Part shown: piece by piece, positions 39,748-45,146 of the stretch
How the letters are laid out: every line of letters starts with the position of its first letter
Position numbering within the stretch: position 1 is the stretch's first letter
Virus record (IMG/VR): IMGVR_UViG_3300037760_000304
Span: 1 to 45,146 of that record
DNA: 45,146 bases
Reading direction: 5' to 3' (one strand)
Origin: a virus
Notes under the pieces: generated by a model
The model's database searches: none
What the model saw: the letters and a program-made list of their open reading frames with translations, nothing else
Told to the model about the DNA's origin: nothing
Position numbers and translations under genes: made by a program

Positions 39748-40712
39748 AGATCCTTGGCATCGCGCCGCTCACGCCCGCGTGGTTCGAGCAGCGCCGGCAG
39801 AGCATCACAGCGACGGACGTTCCGAAGATCCTCGGGGTGTCCGACTACGGCACCGGGCTCGACGTGTGGGCTCGCATCACGGGCAAGCTGTCCGAGGACG
39901 AGCTCGACGCGAGCGACAAGCCCTGGCTCGAGTGGGGCAACCGCACGGAGCAGATGCACCGCGAATGGGTCGGCGAGCTCGCAGGCGTCGCCGTCTCGTG
40001 CAGCCCCGGGCTCGTGCAGCACGCGGACCTGCCGTGGCTCATGGCGACGCCGGACGGGCTCTACTTCGCTGGCGTAGTCGATCACTTCCCGGACGGCGAC
40101 CCCGACCTCAGCGCCGTCGGCTTCCAGACCTTCCAGTGGTGCGGCTCCATCGAGACCAAGGCCCCCGGCCCGTGGACCTCCTTCGATCCGCAGGACGCGC
40201 CGCTCGGCTTCCAGGCGCAAGTCGCCGTGCAGGTCGCGTGCACCGGGCTCGACGAGGCGATCCTCTCCTCGCTCGCCTGGCCCGCGCCGAAGTGGGCGCG
40301 CTTCGAGCGCGACGACAAGCTCATCGACGACCTGCTCAACGGCCTCACGAACTGGCACGAGGAGCACATCGTCAAGGACCGGATGCCCGAGCTCGGCGCG
40401 CGCGACCTCGGCACGATCAAGCGGCTCTGGCCCAAGTCGACCGGGCGCATCATCGAGCTCGGCGCGGAGCACCAGGAGCTCATCGACGGCTACGTGGCGG
40501 CCTCCGACGTGCTCGCGCTCCTGCGACAGGAAGAGCGCGACGCCGAGGCCGAGCGAGACAGCATCGAGGCGCGGCTCCGCGCAGCGATGGGTGACGCGAC
40601 CTACGCCACCGGCGGCGGGGTCATCTTCAAGTGCGCGACCGTCGACCGCGCAGGCTACAGCGTCGACGCAACCAGATACCGGACGTTCCGCACCGTCAAG
40701 GAGATCAAGTGA
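39744..40712 (+). CDS. YqaJ/lambda-Exo-type recombination exonuclease
   Basis: TTG 39744 after AGGAG, with a TTGA overlap. ITATDVPKILGVSDYGTGLDVW, ATPDG and GSIETKAP (D...ExK) are typical of YqaJ-like viral recombinase exonucleases. Confidence 0.8.
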   Translation: MKILGIAPLTPAWFEQRRQSITATDVPKILGVSDYGTGLDVWARITGKLSEDELDASDKPWLEWGNRTEQMHREWVGELAGVAVSCSPGLVQHADLPWLMATPDGLYFAGVVDHFPDGDPDLSAVGFQTFQWCGSIETKAPGPWTSFDPQDAPLGFQAQVAVQVACTGLDEAILSSLAWPAPKWARFERDDKLIDDLLNGLTNWHEEHIVKDRMPELGARDLGTIKRLWPKSTGRIIELGAEHQELIDGYVAASDVLALLRQEERDAEAERDSIEARLRAAMGDATYATGGGVIFKCATVDRAGYSVDATRYRTFRTVKEIK

Positions 40713-41452
40713 GCCAGAGCAGATCAGCAGTGGCGCCCGCCAAGAAGCAGAACGAGCAGGAGCTCATGGTCGAGCTCGCCAAGAGCTACGGCTTCGACCT
40801 CGACGGCCTGAGCACCGCCCTGAAGGCGACCGTGCTCCCGGACGTGAAGGATCCGAAGTCGGGAGTGAAGCGCCCCGCCACGCTCGGCGAGGTCTACGGC
40901 TTCTGCGTCGTCGCCAAGGAGTACGCGCTCAACCCGTTCACAAAGGAAATCTATGCCTTCCCCGCGAAGGGCGGCGGCATGGTTCCGGTGGTCGGGGTCG
41001 ACGGCTGGCTCAAGATCGCGAACCGGCACCCGCAATTCGATGGGATGGAGCTCACCTTCGAGTGGAGCGAAGACCTCTCGCGTGGTCCGAACTCCTGCAC
41101 GATCACGCTGCACCGCAAGGACCGCTCGCACCCGACGGTCATCACGGAGTACCTGCACGAGTGCTACCGGAACACCGACCCGTGGAACAACCAGCCGGCG
41201 CGGATGCTGCGCAACCGGACAATCGCACAGGGCGTGCGCGTCGCCTTCGGCGTCAGTGGGATCATGGAGGAGGACGAGGCCGAGGGCATCCGCGACGTCG
41301 AGTACGAGGTGAAGGCGCAGACGGAGACCACCGCGCCGACGCTGGGCTCGATCGTCTCGAGCTTCGCCGGCTCCGCGAAGGACGAAGCGCCCGAGGCCGA
41401 CGACGACCCGCCCGGCGCCTCGGCGTTCGCCGGGCTCAAGGACCAGGCGTGA
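40709..41452 (+). CDS. recT: RecT/Bet-family single-strand annealing protein
   Basis: GTG 40709 after AAGGAG, with a GTGA overlap. ALNPFTKEIYAFPAKGGGMVPVVGVDGWLKIANRHPQFDGME is characteristic of RecT. Confidence 0.85.
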   Translation: MSQSRSAVAPAKKQNEQELMVELAKSYGFDLDGLSTALKATVLPDVKDPKSGVKRPATLGEVYGFCVVAKEYALNPFTKEIYAFPAKGGGMVPVVGVDGWLKIANRHPQFDGMELTFEWSEDLSRGPNSCTITLHRKDRSHPTVITEYLHECYRNTDPWNNQPARMLRNRTIAQGVRVAFGVSGIMEEDEAEGIRDVEYEVKAQTETTAPTLGSIVSSFAGSAKDEAPEADDDPPGASAFAGLKDQA

Positions 41453-41460
41453 AGGCCGCC

Positions 41461-41541
41461 ATGCGCGGGTTCCTGTTCGCCCTGATCTGCGCCGTGCCGA
41501 TGGCGGCGTGGTGGATCCTGATGGCGGCGTTCCTGCCGTGA
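41461..41541 (+). CDS. Possible 26-aa hydrophobic peptide (or 30 aa from GTG 41449)
   Basis: MRGFLFALICAVPMAAWWILMAAFLP. Very short and weakly supported. Confidence 0.25.
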   Translation: MRGFLFALICAVPMAAWWILMAAFLP

Positions 41542-41547
41542 GAGAAC

Positions 41548-41613
41548 AGGGCGCGGGCGTCCGCAATGTGCGGAGCGTCGCGACGACGGGCGCGATAGCA
41601 GCGCCCGCGCTCT
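41548..41613 (+). other. Structured intergenic element with alternative pairings
   Basis: The outer 12-bp stem 41548-41559/41602-41613 encloses hairpin TCCGCA-AUG-UGCGGA (41560-41574) and palindrome CGTCGCGACG (41576-41585). It competes with the local hairpin GGGCGC/GCGCCC (41588-41593/41601-41606). Confidence 0.4.
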
Positions 41614-41638
41614 GCCTGACCAGAGAAGGAGGAAGACG

Positions 41639-42115
41639 ATGGACGCGAAGATGATCGACGCGCTGCCCTACAAGGGGTACGGGCGCATTTTCATCCTGGA
41701 TGGGACCTCGGCCGAGGATGTCGAAAGGGTTGTCCGCGACGTGGACTCGTTCGAGCACGACTACATGCCGAGCGATGTCATCGCCCCGTACAAGGGGAAC
41801 CCGCTTGACCTTGTGTACCTGCACAAGTTCGCGCCCTGCCGCGTCGCGCTTGAGCTTGAGTTGGGCTCGCAGCATGCGCGTGCTGATCGTCGCGACAGGA
41901 TCCGATCCGAGGGGAGTGCTATGAGCGACTCTGACACCCCGCGCGGCGACGCGCCGGCAAGCGAGATGACGATCCGGGAGCGGTTCGCGATGGCGGCGAT
42001 GCAGGGGCTTTGCGCTCAATCTGCATGGACGCGACCGGAAACATCGGCGGAGATTGGTGTGGAGTGCGCCGACGCCCTGCTCGCCGCGCTGGCAAAGGAG
42101 CGGGCAGGTGAGTGA
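41639..42115 (+). CDS. Hypothetical protein (158 aa)
   Basis: Track ORF with strong SD GAAGGAGGA. Appears to be two parts: an N-terminal domain of lower GC, and a C-terminal TIRERFAMAAMQGL segment common in small phage proteins. Confidence 0.6.
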   Translation: MDAKMIDALPYKGYGRIFILDGTSAEDVERVVRDVDSFEHDYMPSDVIAPYKGNPLDLVYLHKFAPCRVALELELGSQHARADRRDRIRSEGSAMSDSDTPRGDAPASEMTIRERFAMAAMQGLCAQSAWTRPETSAEIGVECADALLAALAKERAGE

Positions 42116-42428
42116 GCAGATCAAGCCGCGCCCGGGGCAGCACGAAGGCGAGAGCGCTGCGGAATACATGTCCCGCGTCGTGAGCAACCTCGGCCATGAG
42201 GTGTGCGCGCTCTACGACGAGTTGCCGTGCGTCGAGGCCGTGCTCCAGTTCTTCGAGCTTTGGCACACCTACGACACTGACCTCTGGAGCGGCGTGCTCG
42301 AAGCGATTTCGGATGGCGAATCGTCGGAGCCCGCTCGTCGGTGGGCTCGTCGGTGGAAGCAAAGCGAGCGACTCGCCGATATCCGGTGGGCGGTCAAGCA
42401 GCGCACAGGAGCCCCCGATGCCGACTGA
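42108..42428 (+). CDS. Hypothetical protein (106 aa)
   Basis: GTG 42108 after AAGGAG. 8-nt overlap with the upstream stop. In frame with track ORF 42054..42428. Confidence 0.5.
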   Translation: MSEQIKPRPGQHEGESAAEYMSRVVSNLGHEVCALYDELPCVEAVLQFFELWHTYDTDLWSGVLEAISDGESSEPARRWARRWKQSERLADIRWAVKQRTGAPDAD

Positions 42429-43989
42429 CCACCCCACGCGCCTGCGCGCAATCGCCGACCGGATCAGCCGCTACGGCGGCGCGGAGACAGCGGAGGAGCG
42501 GGACATGCTCTACGGGGTTGCGGCGGAGATGGACGGCGTGCCCCGCGTGACGCCGCCCGCCGCCAGCGAGCGCGAGTGGTGTCGCGTTTGTGGTGCGCGT
42601 CGGGGCACTCCTCACGGGTCGTATTGCAGTGAGCCCCGGGCCGAGATGGAGCGGCTGCAAGCGCGGGTGGCGGAGCTGGAGCGCGAGGTTGCGGCGACAT
42701 CGAGCATGGCGCGCAGCTGCGCCTCACGGGCCCGCGCGAACCACTCACGCGCGGAGACCATACTGCGCGTGCGCGACGCATTCGAGTCCCGCCTCTCCGC
42801 GCTCTCCGCCGCGAGGCCGACGGCGGAGGAGGTCGAGGCGGCGGGCAGATCCGTGGGCGCATGCGAAGCGACACGCGCGGCGTTCGCGGTTCCAACGTCC
42901 GCGAAGTCTGACCGCGAGTTCCTCGCCCGCGCCGTGCAGCGCATCGCGGCGGCGCACGAGGAAGCCGAGCAGCCGCCCGAGCCCCCCACGTTCCGCTGCG
43001 TCGAAGTCGGTTCCCCTGGCATCGGCGCGGTTATGCGGGAGCCCGCCCCGGAAGCGCGGGCGGAGACGGGCGAGCTGGAACATGGCGAGTTGCTGCCCGG
43101 ACTCAAGGAAGCGAATCGCGCGGCGAACGAGCGGCTCGCGCATCTCACGAGCAAGGGGTACATGGCGAACGTCACGCCCGCCCCCTCCCCCACGGGCGGC
43201 GGGGCGGCGGAGGAAGGCGAGGCGCTGGCGGACGCGATCATGAAGCTCAGCGCGGACGCGATCATGACGCGCGACCTCGACGGCTTCGATCTGGTCGGGC
43301 TGGCGTCTCGCGCACGCTCCCTCGCCTCCCGCCTGCGCGCCGCCGAGCAGGAGCGCGACGCGGCGAAACGTGCCGTGAGCGGGCTCCTGAGCAGCGCCGA
43401 CAGCGCATGGGAGGAACGCGGCGACGGGCACGACTGGCGCGAGGCGTGCCAAGAGGCGCGCGGTGTGCTCGGGTGGGCTGGGCGGATCTGGCCCACGCGG
43501 GAGGCGGCGAAGGCGGGCGATGCGGATTCCAAGCGCCGATTCCTTGCCGAGATCAAGCGCGTCGGCGGAAAGGCTGAGCCGCTCTCCGCCCTCTCCGCGC
43601 GCGTCGCAGCGCTGGAGGCGCGCGGTGGAGACGCCGAGCAGCGTGCCTCCACCGAAGAGGCGCGCGTGCGCGAGATACGGAAGGAACTCCGCGCCGCCGA
43701 GGCACGCACAGGGAAGGCCGAGCGAGACGCAACGGACATGCGGCAACTCGCGTGCGAGAACAAGGTGCGCCTCGACGCCGCCGAGAAGTGCGGGTGGGAG
43801 TTGCGTGCCGTCGCGACGGACCTGGAGGGCAGCTTCCGCCGTTCCGCTGAGAACCTGCTCGTCGCCGAAGGGAGCCCGAGCCAGAGCGCGCTGTCGGACA
43901 CGTTCCGCAGCGTCGCGGATCGCCTTCGCAGCGCGCTCTTCCCGCCCTCTCCGCGCGCGGCGGACGACGCCGAAGGAGCCGGGGCGTGA
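42418..43989 (+). CDS. Large coiled-coil protein (523 aa) with one CxxC...C cluster
   Basis: In-frame ATG 42418 of track ORF 42196..43989, within the conserved junction GGAGCCCCCGATGCCGACTGA. Confidence 0.6.
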   Translation: MPTDHPTRLRAIADRISRYGGAETAEERDMLYGVAAEMDGVPRVTPPAASEREWCRVCGARRGTPHGSYCSEPRAEMERLQARVAELEREVAATSSMARSCASRARANHSRAETILRVRDAFESRLSALSAARPTAEEVEAAGRSVGACEATRAAFAVPTSAKSDREFLARAVQRIAAAHEEAEQPPEPPTFRCVEVGSPGIGAVMREPAPEARAETGELEHGELLPGLKEANRAANERLAHLTSKGYMANVTPAPSPTGGGAAEEGEALADAIMKLSADAIMTRDLDGFDLVGLASRARSLASRLRAAEQERDAAKRAVSGLLSSADSAWEERGDGHDWREACQEARGVLGWAGRIWPTREAAKAGDADSKRRFLAEIKRVGGKAEPLSALSARVAALEARGGDAEQRASTEEARVREIRKELRAAEARTGKAERDATDMRQLACENKVRLDAAEKCGWELRAVATDLEGSFRRSAENLLVAEGSPSQSALSDTFRSVADRLRSALFPPSPRAADDAEGAGA

Positions 43990-44495
43990 AATCACCCCAC
44001 AGCTACTACCCGCTGTGCGTTGAATGCGGCGGAACTGGGGCCGTCGAGCACTTCGGCATCGACCAGACGTGTTTGGTGTGTCACGGCACCGGAGAGAACC
44101 GTCCATCGCCGCCCGTGACCCCCTCCCCTGAGATCCCGGACGGCTCGCGGCCTGTCGCGGGGGCGGAGATGTCCGACGTCCTCGTGTGGGCCTACGAGGG
44201 CGGCATTGAGATCCATGTTGCGCGGCAGCCGAATGGGGCCGCGAAGTTCTCCATCTTGGAAGCGTTCGGTATCGAGACGCGCATCCTCGCTACCGCGACA
44301 GTGGCGGCGTTCCGTCTGCCGCGCATCGTGGCCGTGCTCGGTGTCGAAGCCCGCCCCCGCATCCCCAGCGAGGCGGTCGAGGCGGCGCGGATCGTTGTGG
44401 ATGAATGGGGCAGCCTGAGCCATGCGTCGCGTAAAGGGCTGGCCGATGCGGTCGCCCGCGCGCTGCTTGCGGCGGCAGAGGAGCAAGAGCGATGA
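43986..44495 (+). CDS. Protein with DnaJ-type zinc finger (CxxCxGxG twice) plus an unknown C-terminal domain (169 aa)
   Basis: CVECGGTG...CLVCHGTG. GTGA overlap with the upstream stop. Confidence 0.6.
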   Translation: MKSPHSYYPLCVECGGTGAVEHFGIDQTCLVCHGTGENRPSPPVTPSPEIPDGSRPVAGAEMSDVLVWAYEGGIEIHVARQPNGAAKFSILEAFGIETRILATATVAAFRLPRIVAVLGVEARPRIPSEAVEAARIVVDEWGSLSHASRKGLADAVARALLAAAEEQER

Positions 44496-44707
44496 GCCCG
44501 AATCAAGATCCCGCCCCGCCCGAGCCCGGCGACGGCTGGAAGGAAGTCATGCCGGACGGTTCCAAGCGAGACGCGGACCCCAAGCTCTACGCGCCCGACT
44601 GGTCGAGGAAGTGCGAGGTTTGCAGCGCCACGCCCATCGTCCCAGTGACTGGCATGTGCGGGCCTTGCACGTTCGGAGAAGCGGAGACCGCAGGAGGCAA
44701 TTGGTGA
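44492..44707 (+). CDS. Zinc-ribbon protein (71 aa; CEVC...CGPC...GGNW)
   Basis: Track ORF with an ATGA overlap. Confidence 0.6.
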   Translation: MSPNQDPAPPEPGDGWKEVMPDGSKRDADPKLYAPDWSRKCEVCSATPIVPVTGMCGPCTFGEAETAGGNW

Positions 44708-45146
44708 CGAACAAGCACGAGCATCCCGCGCGCGAGCGGGTGGACGTGAGGGATCTAGTCGGGAAGGTGGCCGCAATGGCTATCCACGGACCAGCGCAGA
44801 CGCGCGAGGAAGTCGACCGCCTACGAGACGCGGTGTTCGCCCTCGGAGCGGAGCGCGACGCCGCCGAGTCCGCGCTCGCGGCGAGCCGGGCGGAGCGGGA
44901 TGCGCTGGCGGTCGGCATTGGTCGGTCTGTCGGTGGCGGATTTGCACACCCCGGCGAGCGGATCACCCGTTCGGTTGCTCGACTCCGTGATGAGCACACC
45001 GCATTCGCGATGCGATTGGCCGCGCGCGAGGAAGAGCTCGCGGCGAGCCGGGCGGAGGTTGAGTGGCTACAAGAGATGCTCGTCGAAGCGGCAACGGCGT
45101 GGAGCGCGGGCGTCTCGTTCGATGGCGCGTTCACGTCCAGTTGGCG
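44704..45146 (+). CDS. 5' part of wrap-around hypothetical coiled-coil protein (continues at 3..218)
   Basis: GTG 44704 overlaps TGA 44705-44707. I translated the frame to 45146 and found no stop. An alternative start is ATG 44776. Confidence 0.6.
   Translation, partial: MTNKHEHPARERVDVRDLVGKVAAMAIHGPAQTREEVDRLRDAVFALGAERDAAESALAASRAERDALAVGIGRSVGGGFAHPGERITRSVARLRDEHTAFAMRLAAREEELAASRAEVEWLQEMLVEAATAWSAGVSFDGAFTSSW
45020..45146. repeat. Right copy of exact 127-bp terminal duplication (= 1..127)
   Basis: Same as left copy. Confidence 0.95.

Overview
The window is one complete, circularly closed genome of a very GC-rich tailed phage. Bases 1-127 are identical to 45020-45146, giving a unit length of 45,019 bp. 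It looks temperate, carrying a tyrosine integrase, an XRE-type switch region and an Exo/RecT pair.

Genes form six strand-alternating blocks packed with ATGA/GTGA/TGATG start-stop overlaps:
1. Minus strand, 25.46 to 6.44 kb: a virion operon colinear with T7 genes 8-19. It encodes portal, scaffold, capsid, tail tubular A and B, internal virion proteins, three single-TM lysis-type proteins, and small and large terminase. Several proteins show motifs I recognise from T7 gp8, gp10, gp11, gp12, gp14, gp17, gp18 and gp19.
2. Plus strand, 25.50 to 30.26 kb: a T7 gp17-type tail fibre with internal repeats, two further fibre-associated genes and small ORFs.
3. Minus strand, 30.89 to 30.25 kb: three tiny genes.
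4. 30.89-31.77 kb: an 883-bp non-coding island, G-rich then pyrimidine-rich.
5. Plus strand, 31.77 to 36.05 kb: an operon with a beta-clamp-like fusion protein, a DUF932-like protein and the integrase. Four of its cistrons are preceded by the same ~17-nt motif.
6. Minus strand, 39.21 to 36.05 kb: XRE regulator, DUF1376-type replication initiator, DnaC-like loader and a coiled-coil protein.
7. Plus strand, 39.35 kb across the junction to 6.44 kb: YqaJ exonuclease, RecT, many small Cys4/zinc-ribbon proteins, a Lar-like protein, a secreted protein, a DNA methyltransferase, an orphan 548-aa protein, an antisense HNH homing endonuclease and a VRR-NUC nuclease.

I could not recognise an RNA polymerase, a DNA polymerase, an endolysin, a tRNA or a CRISPR array. 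All functional calls rest on motifs read by eye and on synteny; no database search was possible. The many long Arg/Ala/Gly/Pro-rich ORFs in the track are antisense shadows caused by the high GC content.
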